Origin: Candidatus Bathyarchaeota archaeon | GTDB taxonomy: Archaea > Thermoproteota > Bathyarchaeia > Bathyarchaeales > Bathycorpusculaceae | Assembly: GCA_963702095.1 (NCBI GenBank) | Contig: OY969706.1 | Location: 896,001 to 960,000 of the forward strand | Reading direction: 5' to 3' | DNA length: 64,000 nt | Part shown: positions 9,423 through 19,912 of the stretch, piece by piece | Numbering within the stretch: position 1 is the first letter of the stretch | How the letters are laid out: the number at the start of each line of letters is the position of its first letter | Made by a program: the position numbers and the translations under genes | The notes under the pieces: generated by a model | What the model saw: the letters and a program-made list of their open reading frames with translations, nothing else | Database searches by the model: none | What the model was told of the DNA's origin: nothing

Positions 9423-10313
9423 TTGACGGTGCCGTTGATTTCAAGCTTTGACCCTTGGCGTTCAGGCCTCTGCACATGCCCCCAAAAGCTGACTTTTAAC
9501 CCCTACACTGGCTGCGACCACCAATGCATCTACTGCTATGCCACAAGCTACATCCCCAACCACAGAGACATCCACCCCAAAAAAGACTTGCTAACCCAAC
9601 TCAAGCGGGAAGCAGCTAAACTCAAAGGCGAAACCATCTCACTCTGCAACTCATCTGACCCCTACCCCCGCATGGAAGCATCTGAGGGTTTGACGCGGCG
9701 TTGCCTCGAAATCCTCTCGGAAGCTAACTGCCGAATCCAAATCATAACCAAAAGCAACCTTGTCACCCGCGACGACGACATCCTCAGCAAGGTGCCCGCG
9801 ACGGTTGCGTTGACCATAACCACAAACGACGAGGGTCTCGCCAAGAAACTGGAGCCCCACGCACCCACGCCGAACCAGCGCATCCGAGCCGCACAGGACC
9901 TAATCAAAGCAGGCATCCCCGTCACCGTGCGCATTGACCCCATCATCCCCAACATAAACGACCAGCCCCAAACACTCATCGCCGAATTAGCTGCCATAGG
10001 CGTCAAACACATAACCGCCTCCACCTACAAAGCCAAACCAGACAATTGGGCACGACTGTCAGCAGCGTTTCCCCATCAAGCGGGAATCCTTAAGCCCCTC
10101 TACTTCCAGTTGGGCGAACGCGTGGGCGGCAGCGTCCTTTTGCCCAGAGAAACCCGTTTTAAACTGCTCAAGAGCACCCGCGACTCAGCCGAGGCTTATG
10201 GCATGAAATTTGGGGTTTGCCGCGAAGGACTGCAGCAACTTAACACTGCCGCCTGCGACGGCTCATGGCTCATGCCCAAACCTAAGGAGGACAAGCAATG
10301 CAGAATCGCGTGA
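9423..10313 (+). CDS. Radical SAM protein, spore photoproduct lyase (SplB)-like DNA repair family
   Basis: NPYTGCDHQCIYCY (CxxxCxxC), SDPYP, ITKS, RIDPIIP motifs; overlaps dinB. Confidence 0.85.
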   Translation: MTVPLISSFDPWRSGLCTCPQKLTFNPYTGCDHQCIYCYATSYIPNHRDIHPKKDLLTQLKREAAKLKGETISLCNSSDPYPRMEASEGLTRRCLEILSEANCRIQIITKSNLVTRDDDILSKVPATVALTITTNDEGLAKKLEPHAPTPNQRIRAAQDLIKAGIPVTVRIDPIIPNINDQPQTLIAELAAIGVKHITASTYKAKPDNWARLSAAFPHQAGILKPLYFQLGERVGGSVLLPRETRFKLLKSTRDSAEAYGMKFGVCREGLQQLNTAACDGSWLMPKPKEDKQCRIA

Positions 10314-11398
10314 TCTTCCTCGCTGATTTCGACTATTTCTTTGCCCAATGCGAGGAACTGCGCAACCCAGCCATCAAAGACAAACCCATCGTCGTCGGCG
10401 TCTACTCAGGGCGTACCGAAGAAAGTGGCGCTGTGAGCACAAGCAACTATGTCGCCCGCGAATACGGCGTCAAATCCGGCTTGCCCTTGTTCCTGGCGAA
10501 GCGCAAGCTGGAAGGCACAGATGCAGTGTTCTTCAAAGTGGACCACGAATACTACGACGACATCAGCAACCGCATCATGGACATTTTCCGTGGGTACGCG
10601 TCGGTTTTGGAGCAGGTCAGCGTGGACGAAGCGTATCTGGATGTGACTGAGCAGGTGGCGGGTAGCTTCGAGAAAGCCCGCGACTACGCCCAGAAGATTA
10701 AAGCGGACGTTAAGGCGCAAGTGGGCATCTCATTCACCATCGGAGTCGGCCCCAACAAACTTGTCGCCAAAATCGCCTGCGACAGCCAAAAACCCGACGG
10801 CTTAACCATCGTCCGCCCCGAAGAGGCACAGGCTTTCTTGTCGCCGCTCCCCGTTGACAGTCTCTTAGGCGTAGGCAAGAAGACTACGGTGCGGATGGAG
10901 CAGATGGGCATAAAAACCATCGCTGATCTCGCCGAATACGATTGCCAACGCTTAGTCGAAGTCTTCGGCAAAATCTTGGGCGTATACTTTCACAACGCTG
11001 CCAACGCCGTCGATAACGAACCCGTGGTAGAGCAGGGGGAAGCGGAATCCATCAGCAAGATCGGCACCCTAAAGCAGGATACGCATGACTTGGAGTTCAT
11101 CATGCAGAAATGCGAAGAGTTAACAGAGTATGTCTACAAGGAAGTCCAAGCTAAAGTCTACAGTTTCAAAACAGTCTCAATTTACGTGGTGAACGTTGAT
11201 TTAAGCAGCAAAAGCCGCAGCATCACCCTCGAACAACCCGCCAAAGACAAAGAGTCCATCACACGCAACGTTCGCATGCTCTTCGAGAAATACCTTGACG
11301 AGTCGCCGATGGAAATCCGGCGCGTCGGCGTCCGTGTCTCAGGCTTCGGCAAAGAGGAGCCTAAACAAAAGCAGCTTACCAGCTTTTTCTATTCTTGA
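10298..11398 (+). CDS. dinB: DNA polymerase IV (Y family, Dpo4/DinB)
   Basis: ADFDYFFAQCE, SNYVAREYGVKSG, SVDEAYLD, NKLVAKIA, GVGKKT, IRRVGV. Confidence 0.95.
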   Translation: MQNRVIFLADFDYFFAQCEELRNPAIKDKPIVVGVYSGRTEESGAVSTSNYVAREYGVKSGLPLFLAKRKLEGTDAVFFKVDHEYYDDISNRIMDIFRGYASVLEQVSVDEAYLDVTEQVAGSFEKARDYAQKIKADVKAQVGISFTIGVGPNKLVAKIACDSQKPDGLTIVRPEEAQAFLSPLPVDSLLGVGKKTTVRMEQMGIKTIADLAEYDCQRLVEVFGKILGVYFHNAANAVDNEPVVEQGEAESISKIGTLKQDTHDLEFIMQKCEELTEYVYKEVQAKVYSFKTVSIYVVNVDLSSKSRSITLEQPAKDKESITRNVRMLFEKYLDESPMEIRRVGVRVSGFGKEEPKQKQLTSFFYS

Positions 11399-12715
11399 CT
11401 TAAAATGCCTCCTAAAAAACAAGGCGAATGCTGCTAAAAGGACGGCTATAATGATTGATACTGCACCTATTACTACGATAGTATTCGCTGGGATGTCGAT
11501 TGGAAATACTGGCGAGTTGGTTACATTTGGCGATGGTGGAGGAGGGAGAAGCGAAGGGCTTGCAAGGGGCGTAGGCAGAGATGCCTGCACTTCCATCAAA
11601 TACCAATAGGACGGATAACCGATGTCCCAGCCGCCCCAGTAGCCGCCTACCACCAGATCACCGTTTCGGGTTTCAATCACGTTGGGGGTGAAGTAGCCAT
11701 CTGATTGAGACCCGTACGTCTGAGACCACTGCACGTTTCCTGAAGAATCCGTTTCGATAAGGCAAACAAGTGGACCCCAATTCTCAGTCCTACCTTGTTC
11801 ACCGCCAAAAACAAAGTGACCATTGCCTAACTCGATAATTGACGTTACCGCTGTGTCAAACTCCTTTGCCCACTGCACACTCCCGTTTTGATCGATTTTG
11901 GTAACAATTGGTGTTCCACCCGAGCCAAATGAATCCGCCAGGATGTAGCCTCCGTCACTGGTCTGGATTAAAACCGGCGAGACGCCGTATTGACCAGTAA
12001 AATTCACGTTCCAGAATACTTTCCCTGATAAATCAATTTTTGAAAGGACCATGCTTCCGGAGTACGCATACTGTTGGGTTAGGTTTTTGGGGTATACAGT
12101 TCCGGCTGCAATGTAATCCCCGTCAGAGGTTGGTATGAGTTTCGCTAAGCCTCCTGACCAGGGCATCTGGCAAGTTCTATTCCATTGTAGGTTACCTTCC
12201 GCGTCGGTCTTAACAAACCAAAGATTCTGCTCAGCGGACCCAGCTAAAACATAACCGTCATCGCTTGTATGCGTAACCGATTCCATGTAACCGTAAGTTT
12301 GAAACGCATGGCTCCATTGGACGTTGCCGTTTGAATCTAATTTTATAAGGGAAGAGGTTTCAAGCATGTACCCGTCGTCGGCTGTCTCGAATAAACCGTA
12401 AACTTCGTCAGTGTTGAAAGCCCTTTGCCACTCAACCTGTCCAGTACTATTGGTTTTGAATAAATCGCACGATGGACTGGCCGTATGAAAATATGCATAA
12501 TTGCGTGTTGCGTTTATGACTACAAAAGCATATCCGCCGTCGCTTGTCTGTATGAGCTCCTTAACTGAGCTGCTTACGCCGCCGGTTGATCCATAAAGCT
12601 CAGCCCATAAAGTTGGATGAGCACCTGCACCTTGAACTAGACCGTAATTTACTGTTGGGGCTAGCAGTAAAAATATTGCCAAGATGACTAAAAAACAACT
12701 TTTCCTGTTTGTCAT
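11339..12715 (-). CDS. Secreted beta-propeller repeat protein with C-terminal membrane anchor
   Basis: Signal peptide; repeated TSDGGY and KxDxxGNxQW blades; Pro-rich linker and TM. Confidence 0.85.
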   Translation of the reverse strand: MTNRKSCFLVILAIFLLLAPTVNYGLVQGAGAHPTLWAELYGSTGGVSSSVKELIQTSDGGYAFVVINATRNYAYFHTASPSCDLFKTNSTGQVEWQRAFNTDEVYGLFETADDGYMLETSSLIKLDSNGNVQWSHAFQTYGYMESVTHTSDDGYVLAGSAEQNLWFVKTDAEGNLQWNRTCQMPWSGGLAKLIPTSDGDYIAAGTVYPKNLTQQYAYSGSMVLSKIDLSGKVFWNVNFTGQYGVSPVLIQTSDGGYILADSFGSGGTPIVTKIDQNGSVQWAKEFDTAVTSIIELGNGHFVFGGEQGRTENWGPLVCLIETDSSGNVQWSQTYGSQSDGYFTPNVIETRNGDLVVGGYWGGWDIGYPSYWYLMEVQASLPTPLASPSLLPPPPSPNVTNSPVFPIDIPANTIVVIGAVSIIIAVLLAAFALFFRRHFKSRIEKAGKLLLFRLLFAEA

Positions 12716-12818
12716 TGAATACAGTTAGCAACCCCCAGCTTAAATCGTTAACTTAGCCCAAAGGCGATGAAACAAAACTTTTTTCTTTTCGAAACCGCAT
12801 TGATAGGCAGGGATAATT

Positions 12819-13409
12819 TTGGCGTATGATTTAAAGAAGCGGCTTCCGCCTGACCAGGAACCCACCGATCACCTTCTGCGCTGGGGCACCGAGCACCCCG
12901 GCATAACCAGCACAAACCCCCAAATCAAACTCGAAACCTACACTTTGACCGTTGAGGGCGAAGTCGACAACCCAGTCACGCTTAGCTGGAAAGACTTTCT
13001 TGCGCTGCCCCAAACCGTCTCAGTCAGCGATTTCCATTGCGTAGAGGGCTGGAGCGTTTTGGATTGCAAATGGGAAGGCGTCCGCATCAGCAACATCGAG
13101 CGATTGGTGAAGCCAAGGGCGGTGGCGCGGGCGGTGACTTTTGAATGCGCCGACAACTACATCACTTCGTTGTTCCGTGAGGAGTTGGCTGGGGATGATG
13201 TGTTGTTGGTGCATAGGCTTAACGGTGAGCCTTTGGAGGAGGGGTTGGGGTTTCCGGTGCGGTTGATTGTGCCCCAAAAGTATGCTTACAAGAGTGCGTT
13301 GTGGGTTGTGAAGTTGCGGTTTACCCGTGGTAAGGAGCTTGGGTTTTGGGAGCGGCGGGGTTACAGTGACAGCGCCGATGTGTGGAAGAATGACCGGTTC
13401 AGGCGTTGA
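12819..13409 (+). CDS. Molybdopterin-dependent oxidoreductase (sulfite oxidase/MsrP-like, cytoplasmic)
   Basis: DFHCVEGWS (Mo-ligating Cys), GFPVRLIVP.KYAYKS..W, GFWERRGY. Confidence 0.9.
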   Translation: MAYDLKKRLPPDQEPTDHLLRWGTEHPGITSTNPQIKLETYTLTVEGEVDNPVTLSWKDFLALPQTVSVSDFHCVEGWSVLDCKWEGVRISNIERLVKPRAVARAVTFECADNYITSLFREELAGDDVLLVHRLNGEPLEEGLGFPVRLIVPQKYAYKSALWVVKLRFTRGKELGFWERRGYSDSADVWKNDRFRR

Positions 13410-13902
13410 GTGGGGCTGTTTTGTTTAAGTCACCGCGGGTGAAGTGGATGGGTGTTTTGCAACGGTTTTTGGGGTGATAAGACTGTTTTTTAAGCAACAG
13501 CATAACGTTTATAAGCAGACAGCGCTACATGGTTTGATTCTTGTGAGGTTGAAGAATATGTCTCAGAAAAAAGCAGCGCAACTAAACAGCCACGTCACAC
13601 CCGTAGCAGTGATTGCGTCAGTAGCTGTGCCTGCAGTAAAACGAAAAGAACAAGCAAAAGAAGCTCTATACATAACCAGAATCTAAACATCGACTACCCT
13701 AAATTGCGGATAGCCTACTTTTAGACAACATATCTTAATGTACTGGTAGATTTCCATTTTTAAGAGTGTACCACACTGGAAATTGGGTCTGTATCGAAGA
13801 AAACACCACCGTCATATGTGTTAAACAGGTGCTCCAAAGAGTCGTTGCATTGAATTCTTTTTATAGGCGATACTTATCGTTAACCTAAGAGGCAAAGCGC
13901 CA

Positions 13903-14358
13903 ATGGACTATACAGAAGCTAATATAGGAAGAATCTTCATCCTAAGACTCCAACAAGACGAAGTCCTACATGAAGAAATAGAGAAATTCGCAGCTCAAAA
14001 ACAAATCAAAAGCGGCTTATGCTTTTTCCTAGGCGGCGCAGACGACCTAAGCAAAGTGGTTGTTGGACCCAGAGACGGTAAAGTCATGCCGCCCGAACCC
14101 ATGGCAACCATCCTCCAAGGAGCGCACGAAGGTGTTGGTGTAGGCACCATCTTTGTTAACGAATCTGGGAAACCCAAGTTGCATATGCATGCCAGTTTTG
14201 GCAGGGAAGATTGTGCAGTGACGGGTTGTGTGCGTATGGGTGTGGAGGTTTGGCAGGTCGGTGAAGTCGTCATTTTAGAGTTAGCTGATTGCGCAGCGCG
14301 GCGGGCTAAGGATAGGCAGACTGGTTTTGAGTTGCTGCAAACGCGGGCGTTATCCTAG
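13903..14358 (+). CDS. PPC/DUF296 domain protein
   Basis: GRIFILRL, G.GTI, KLHMHASFG. Confidence 0.85.
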   Translation: MDYTEANIGRIFILRLQQDEVLHEEIEKFAAQKQIKSGLCFFLGGADDLSKVVVGPRDGKVMPPEPMATILQGAHEGVGVGTIFVNESGKPKLHMHASFGREDCAVTGCVRMGVEVWQVGEVVILELADCAARRAKDRQTGFELLQTRALS

Positions 14359-16059
14359 GAAGCGGACGAGGAAGATTCTGTAGCCGTACCAACCGTAGTA
14401 GTCACCCCAAAACGGCCTATCATGAGGGTCGTCGAAGCGTGAAGTATTGTAAATCATAGTTTGAACTTGCGTATAATCAAGTGTTGAATTGAAAAATGTG
14501 TTATGCAATCCGAAGTCATAGAGTATTATGTATTTGACGTTTCTCTGGACGCAGAGGTCAGTGAATTCGGTTATGTTGAAGTTGGGCGTAAATGAGTCGA
14601 CTGCTAAGGCGGGGTACTGCCAGATTTGGTCGCTGGACATGTTTGCGGGCAAATAGAAGCGGAACATGTCTTGGCTGAGCAGGTTAAAGCTGCAGACAAG
14701 CACAGCCGACTGGTTAGCGTCTAAGTGGTTTACAAGGTATTGGGTGGCTTGTTTTATGGGTATTTGGATTTGGTCCCGAACAGTCATCTGGTAAGCTTCA
14801 TACCCGCTGTACGCCACTGCCCCAACGATGATGGCGATGAAAGCGATTGAAGCAAACTTCTTGAGCCGTGCCCCAGTAACTCCGATTTGCGGCGGCTTCC
14901 ACGCGTGGACTTTACCATAGAGGAACATGATGAAGCAGGCGGCTGCAACAGCCAAAATGGGGAACAGCGGCGTCACGTAGCGCCATTGCCGATTAGGAAT
15001 CAACGTGAAAAACACGTAAATCACCAGAAACCAGGTTAAAAAGAAAATGTCCTGTTTGCTTCGGCGGTAGGCAAACAAGCCCAGTCCACACAACCCCAGA
15101 ATGAAGATAGGTAAAGCGATGGGGTGCACGGGTATGTCGTTGAAGGGCCACGCCATCTCGACTAGGTAGTAGATGGGCAAGGGTTGGAAGCGGTTGCTGT
15201 AGGCTGGTCGGTCCTGTCCGCCTTCGGTCATGACGTACTGGAGGGTTTGGAATTTGGTTATGCCGTCGTAGTGGTAGATCATCAGAAACCAAGGCGACAC
15301 AACCAACACCACGATGACGACTATGAGTAGGAATTTGGCTAAGTTGATTTTAAGCCGTTTTCGGCACAGAAATAGGATACTGAGCAGCATCGCTATTGCG
15401 GCAACAATGAGTTGATATTTTGCCAAAACGCCGATGCCCAAAGCTAAACCCGCAAAGACAAGTGCCTTGTAGCTGGTGTCTTTGTTTAGCCAAGTGTAGA
15501 AGGCAAACATGGATAGTGTGAAGAAGAAAATAAGCATGGTTTCCAGCATGGTTACGCGGCTAAGCCAGAAGAACCCCGGCATTGTACCCAACAGGACGCT
15601 GGCGATTAACGCGTTTCTTTTTCCGTAGGTGCGTTTGGTGAATTCAAACAGCAGTGCGATTGAGAGCACCGCGAAGGTTACGGCGACGAGGCGACCAGCA
15701 ACTTCATTGACGCCGAGTACGCTGAAGAAAGCAGTGGTTACCAGGTCGAAGACGGGGGGGTAGTAGCCGTAGGTGGTCATGTAATCCCATGTTTGCCCAC
15801 GCAGCAAAAGGGTGCCGCCGAAGAGGTGGGGCATTTCATCCCACTGCACCGACATGTAGCCGATGCCATAGGTTGCTGCCACAACAAAAACAACGATGAA
15901 CGCCAGCAGTAACAAGCGGTATTTATGCTTCTCCGCAAACCCTTTTTTCCCTGTAAGTTGACCGCTACTGCTGGAATGTTGGCTTATGGTTTGCGCCCTC
16001 CCCACTTTAGGTTCAATGTTAGGGTCTGCTTCTAAAAAGAGTTTGCGATAAACCAACAA
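14350..16059 (-). CDS. GT-C membrane glycosyltransferase (GT39/PMT/ArnT-like)
   Basis: WDE acidic pair after TM1, YYPP, many TMs, LAKY, WRYVTP; exact start uncertain. Confidence 0.85.
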   Translation of the reverse strand: MLVYRKLFLEADPNIEPKVGRAQTISQHSSSSGQLTGKKGFAEKHKYRLLLLAFIVVFVVAATYGIGYMSVQWDEMPHLFGGTLLLRGQTWDYMTTYGYYPPVFDLVTTAFFSVLGVNEVAGRLVAVTFAVLSIALLFEFTKRTYGKRNALIASVLLGTMPGFFWLSRVTMLETMLIFFFTLSMFAFYTWLNKDTSYKALVFAGLALGIGVLAKYQLIVAAIAMLLSILFLCRKRLKINLAKFLLIVVIVVLVVSPWFLMIYHYDGITKFQTLQYVMTEGGQDRPAYSNRFQPLPIYYLVEMAWPFNDIPVHPIALPIFILGLCGLGLFAYRRSKQDIFFLTWFLVIYVFFTLIPNRQWRYVTPLFPILAVAAACFIMFLYGKVHAWKPPQIGVTGARLKKFASIAFIAIIVGAVAYSGYEAYQMTVRDQIQIPIKQATQYLVNHLDANQSAVLVCSFNLLSQDMFRFYLPANMSSDQIWQYPALAVDSFTPNFNITEFTDLCVQRNVKYIILYDFGLHNTFFNSTLDYTQVQTMIYNTSRFDDPHDRPFWGDYYGWYGYRIFLVRFLG

Positions 16060-16151
16060 TAGTAGAGCCCTATATAGTTAAGTGATATACGGAAGTCATT
16101 TATGGGTAAGAAACATTTGTTCTTCAAGCTCTCCAGACGGTTGAATATCCC

Positions 16152-16883
16152 TTGAAAAACCTCCAGCCCACCAAAGAACTCTCCATTCTGCTGCCCGCCT
16201 TCAACGAAGCACAGCAGATTGAACGGTGCGTGCGGGAGGTGGAGACGGCTGTTAGGGGTTTTTTGGATTCCTACGAGATCCTCGTTTCTGAGGATGGCAG
16301 CACCGACGGAACCGACGCCATCGTCTCGAAAATGGCGCAGTTCAACCCAAACCTGCACCTGCTCCACTCCAAAGACCGCTTAGGCAAAGGCAGAGCAATC
16401 AAAAACGCGCTGGCCCAATCACGCGGCAGAGTCATCGTTTTCATGGACGTGGACTTAGCCACCGATCTCAAATGCCTCCCTGACCTCCTGCAGGCGGTTA
16501 AGCGTAATGGCGGCATGGCTATTGGGTCACGGCATGTCCATGGCGCCTCCGTGCAGCGTCGAACCAGCCGAACCATATTCAGCTTAACCTACAACGCCTT
16601 CGTCGGATTACTCTTCATGGACGGCATACGTGACCACCAATGCGGCTTCAAAATGATGACTCGCCAGGTCGCCGAAACCGTGTTGGGCTTCTCTAAATCC
16701 GACGGTTACTTCTTCGACACCGAAATGATTGTGCGGTGTAAACAGTTGGGGTATCCGGTGGAGGAAGTGGCGGTGCAGTGGATGGAGAAGGGCAAAGGCG
16801 CCAACTCAAAAGTAAACCCCATGCGTGACGGCAGAAAAATCGGGTTGGAAATGCTGTCGTTTAGGCTCAACCGCTCCAAATAG
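16152..16883 (+). CDS. Glycosyltransferase family 2 (dolichyl-phosphate hexose synthase-like)
   Basis: SILLPAFNE, EDGSTD, GKG, MDVD, DHQCGFK, FFDTE. Confidence 0.9.
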   Translation: MKNLQPTKELSILLPAFNEAQQIERCVREVETAVRGFLDSYEILVSEDGSTDGTDAIVSKMAQFNPNLHLLHSKDRLGKGRAIKNALAQSRGRVIVFMDVDLATDLKCLPDLLQAVKRNGGMAIGSRHVHGASVQRRTSRTIFSLTYNAFVGLLFMDGIRDHQCGFKMMTRQVAETVLGFSKSDGYFFDTEMIVRCKQLGYPVEEVAVQWMEKGKGANSKVNPMRDGRKIGLEMLSFRLNRSK

Positions 16884-16894
16884 GCGGGTAGGGT

Positions 16895-17557
16895 TTAATG
16901 GCTGAGTTTTTTGATTAACCGTTTGAGACGATAAACCGTCAGCCCCGCATTCAAAGAAGCGGGCACTGGTCCCCCGTGGGGTGCACAGTTGCCTTTAACG
17001 ATTGCTTTGGCGACTGCGTCAACCGTGGCTTCCTCCGCCTCGATTTCGGTATAGCCGTAGCCGATTTGGGGACCATAATGCGCGTCTGTTCCCGCAACCC
17101 GCGACAGGTTGTAGCGTTCGGCGGCTTCTTGAGCTTTTTTCATGCTGCTTTTGAAGGGGAATGCTCTGGCGTTGATGACTTCGATGGCGTCAAAAGCCCC
17201 GCATACGTTGTTGCGGAGGCATCCTTTGAAGTAGACATAGGGGTGACAAGCGATGGCGACTCCGCCGGCTTTGTGGATGCGTTCGACTGTTTCGACGGCG
17301 CTGTAACCTTTGGGGATAAGTTCTTTGACGTTTAATGCGACGATGTGACCGTCGGCGCTGGAAACCTCCATGCCGGGGATTATGAGAAAATCAGGGTTTT
17401 CTTTTGCGATTTTGTAGGCGCCGTCTAAGGTGTTGTGGTCGGTGACCGCCACAGCGTTTAACCCACGCTTCTTCGCGTAGTAAACGAGGTCTTTTGGGGT
17501 TATGAGTGAGTCACTGGAGTAGGTTGTGTGGACGTGAAGATCAGCGCTTATCTTCAT
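16895..17557 (-). CDS. PHP domain metal-dependent phosphoesterase
   Basis: DLHVHT, AVTDHN, CHPY, GTDAH. Confidence 0.9.
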   Translation of the reverse strand: MKISADLHVHTTYSSDSLITPKDLVYYAKKRGLNAVAVTDHNTLDGAYKIAKENPDFLIIPGMEVSSADGHIVALNVKELIPKGYSAVETVERIHKAGGVAIACHPYVYFKGCLRNNVCGAFDAIEVINARAFPFKSSMKKAQEAAERYNLSRVAGTDAHYGPQIGYGYTEIEAEEATVDAVAKAIVKGNCAPHGGPVPASLNAGLTVYRLKRLIKKLSH

Positions 17558-17566
17558 TTGCCCGCC

Positions 17567-19270
17567 TCACTTCGAAGCCATTTTTGCCCGCACCTGCGCC
17601 AACTGTTCATCAAAAACGTCCTCGTTTGCGTCGACCTTATGGAAAAGCGGGGTAGGCTTGTTGATTTTGTGCCCTGCCTCAAGCGGCACCAAAGCATCTG
17701 CCCATTTAATTTGCTCAACGGCGCCCGCCAAATTCATAGTTTGCCACAATTGCTGGGCGGTTTGGGGCATAAACGGCTCCGACACCACCGCAATGGCTTT
17801 GACAACCTGCGCTGAAACGTAGAAGATGGTGCCTGCCTTCTCCTTGTCAGTCTTCATGAGGTTCCATGGCTCCTTAGTGTTTAGGTACTGGTTCCCCATG
17901 CGGCTGATTGTGACCAGCGTGTTGGCGGCGGATTGAAGCCACCCATCCTCGATTTCCTGGGCTGCCTGCGCAACTTTTTCTTTTAAGCAGTCGAGTACGG
18001 CTTGATCGGCATCGTCCAGTTTGGTCGGCGCTGGGATGGTGGCGTCGAATTTACTATTGATAAACGAGAGGGTGCGGTGCATGAAGTTGCCAAACGTGTC
18101 GTTTAAGTCGGCGTTGATTTTGTCGGCGAAAGCTGCCCATGTGAAGTTGGTGTCTTTGCTTTCTGGGCGGGTGGCTATTAGGAAGAAGCGCCAGTAATCG
18201 ACGGGGAACATTTCCAGTGCCTCATCTATCCAGATGCCTATTCGCTGGCTTTTGGAAGCTTTCTGTCCGCGGAACTGCAGGAACTCGGTGGCAGATACAT
18301 TCCAGGGCAGGTTGTAGCCCTGTCCCGAAGCCAACAGCAACGCTGGCAATATGATGGTGTGGAAGGGAATGTTGTCTTTGCCCACAAAATACAGCGTTTT
18401 AGCAGTCTTGTCAAGCCAGAACTCCCGCCACTTCTCCGGTTGCCCAAGACGCTGGCATAACTCAATCGTTGCCGAAACATAACCCAATACTGCCTCCACC
18501 CAGACGTAGACGGTTTTCCCTTCAGCGCCTTTAAAGGGTGCGGGGATACCCCATTCGACGTCGCGGGTGACCGCTCGGGGTTTTAAGCCCTCTTTTATCC
18601 AGTTTAAGCTAAAGTTTTTGGCGTTTTGGGGCAGTTGACAGTTGTTTTCTATGTACTGTATTAGGGGTTGCTCTAGTTTGGTGAGGTCGATGAACCAGTG
18701 CCGCGTGGTCTTCACGACGGGCTTGCTTTTGCAGATGATACAGTAAGGCTCAATCAGCAGCGTGGGCTCGAGTAGTTTGCCGCAGCTGTCACATTGGTCG
18801 CCCCGCGCTTTCTCGCAGCCGCAGTAGGGGCATTTGCCCTCGACGAAGCGGTCGGGGAGGAAACGCTGGTCATGCTCGCAGTAGAGCATCTGCGTGTCTT
18901 TAGCGAAAATGTAGCCGTTTGCCTCGATTTCAAGCAGCGTTTTCTGTACGAACTCTTTGTGTGTGGGGCTCTCGGTGCTGGTGTAGTTGTCAAAGGAGGC
19001 GCCCCAGCGGCGGAACAGTTCGGAGACGCGGGCGTGGTTGCGCTCGGTTAAAGCCCTGGGGGTTATGCCTTCTTTTAAGGCGGCTACCTCCATGGGTGTG
19101 CCATGCGTGTCGCTGCCGCTAACCATCAACGTGTCGGCGCCTTTGAGGCGGTAATAGCGGGCTGTTACATCGGCGGATAAGACGGAGCCGACGAGGTTGC
19201 CCAAGTGCGGGATGGCGTTGATGTAGGGCCAAGCGGACGTGACAAGAACTTTCTCAGGCAAAGTTATCAT
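17567..19270 (-). CDS. metG: Methionine--tRNA ligase (short form without the C-terminal tRNA-binding domain)
   Basis: TSAWPYIN, HLGN, zinc knuckles, YVWVEA, GKDNIPFH, KASKS; start placed at ATG 19270. Confidence 0.96.
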   Translation of the reverse strand: MITLPEKVLVTSAWPYINAIPHLGNLVGSVLSADVTARYYRLKGADTLMVSGSDTHGTPMEVAALKEGITPRALTERNHARVSELFRRWGASFDNYTSTESPTHKEFVQKTLLEIEANGYIFAKDTQMLYCEHDQRFLPDRFVEGKCPYCGCEKARGDQCDSCGKLLEPTLLIEPYCIICKSKPVVKTTRHWFIDLTKLEQPLIQYIENNCQLPQNAKNFSLNWIKEGLKPRAVTRDVEWGIPAPFKGAEGKTVYVWVEAVLGYVSATIELCQRLGQPEKWREFWLDKTAKTLYFVGKDNIPFHTIILPALLLASGQGYNLPWNVSATEFLQFRGQKASKSQRIGIWIDEALEMFPVDYWRFFLIATRPESKDTNFTWAAFADKINADLNDTFGNFMHRTLSFINSKFDATIPAPTKLDDADQAVLDCLKEKVAQAAQEIEDGWLQSAANTLVTISRMGNQYLNTKEPWNLMKTDKEKAGTIFYVSAQVVKAIAVVSEPFMPQTAQQLWQTMNLAGAVEQIKWADALVPLEAGHKINKPTPLFHKVDANEDVFDEQLAQVRAKMASK

Positions 19271-19690
19271 CAACAAAACGTTAAGTAAAGACCTTATAAA
19301 AATTGCTATGACAACACAAATAACGGATCCTTTGACACACGGAACGGTTTGCAATCACGTAATTATTCGCCTATTTAGGGCTTGAATTTGGCGTTTTCTT
19401 TCGGGTGTGGGGTTGGCAATTGATTTCTGAGAGTCGAGGGATAATTAGGAGAAGAAAATTCTCGAAGGGAAATGCAAAAACCTTCAAGCAGAAATACTGT
19501 AACCTTGGCGCGATAAAGGAACTAGTGCATTGCTTTTGATACGCACTATAAATGTCTGGTTGTGGGTTGCCTGATTGATTGGGCTTACTTTGCGAAGTTG
19601 TCTTTGCAACTTTGCGAATTGGAATTGGCTAAATCGTTAAGCTGGTTTCTCAAGAAGTACTATATTTGCATCCTTAGTAAGAGAGAATAC

Positions 19691-19912
19691 ATGCAAAGGC
19701 TACTGAGTCAGAAAATCAGGTTTTTTTTCCTACCATTGGCCTTGCCTCTTTTGATTATCGGTTGGTTCTTATTAAACCGACCGAAAAACACTCAGAAGTA
19801 TACTCCAAAAACGAAAGCCAAGCCCACATCGCTTAATGTCACAGAGGCTAAAGCGGCTATAGAGCTTTGGGGTGAGCCTGTTCCTACTCAAACACTCAAT
19901 CCAACGCAATAA
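19691..19912 (+). CDS. Small membrane protein (hypothetical)
   Basis: One TM (FFFLPLALPLLIIGWFLL) followed by a basic tail; ATG at 19691. Confidence 0.45.
   Translation: MQRLLSQKIRFFFLPLALPLLIIGWFLLNRPKNTQKYTPKTKAKPTSLNVTEAKAAIELWGEPVPTQTLNPTQ

Noticed and set aside
11339-11398. 60-bp convergent overlap of dinB and the propeller gene
   Set aside because: Convergent 3' overlaps are common in compact archaeal genomes, and there is no sign of function.
13558-13686. 42-aa ORF after a GTGAGG SD
   Set aside because: No recognisable features, and an alternative frame past the A6 run is equally open. It cannot be supported.
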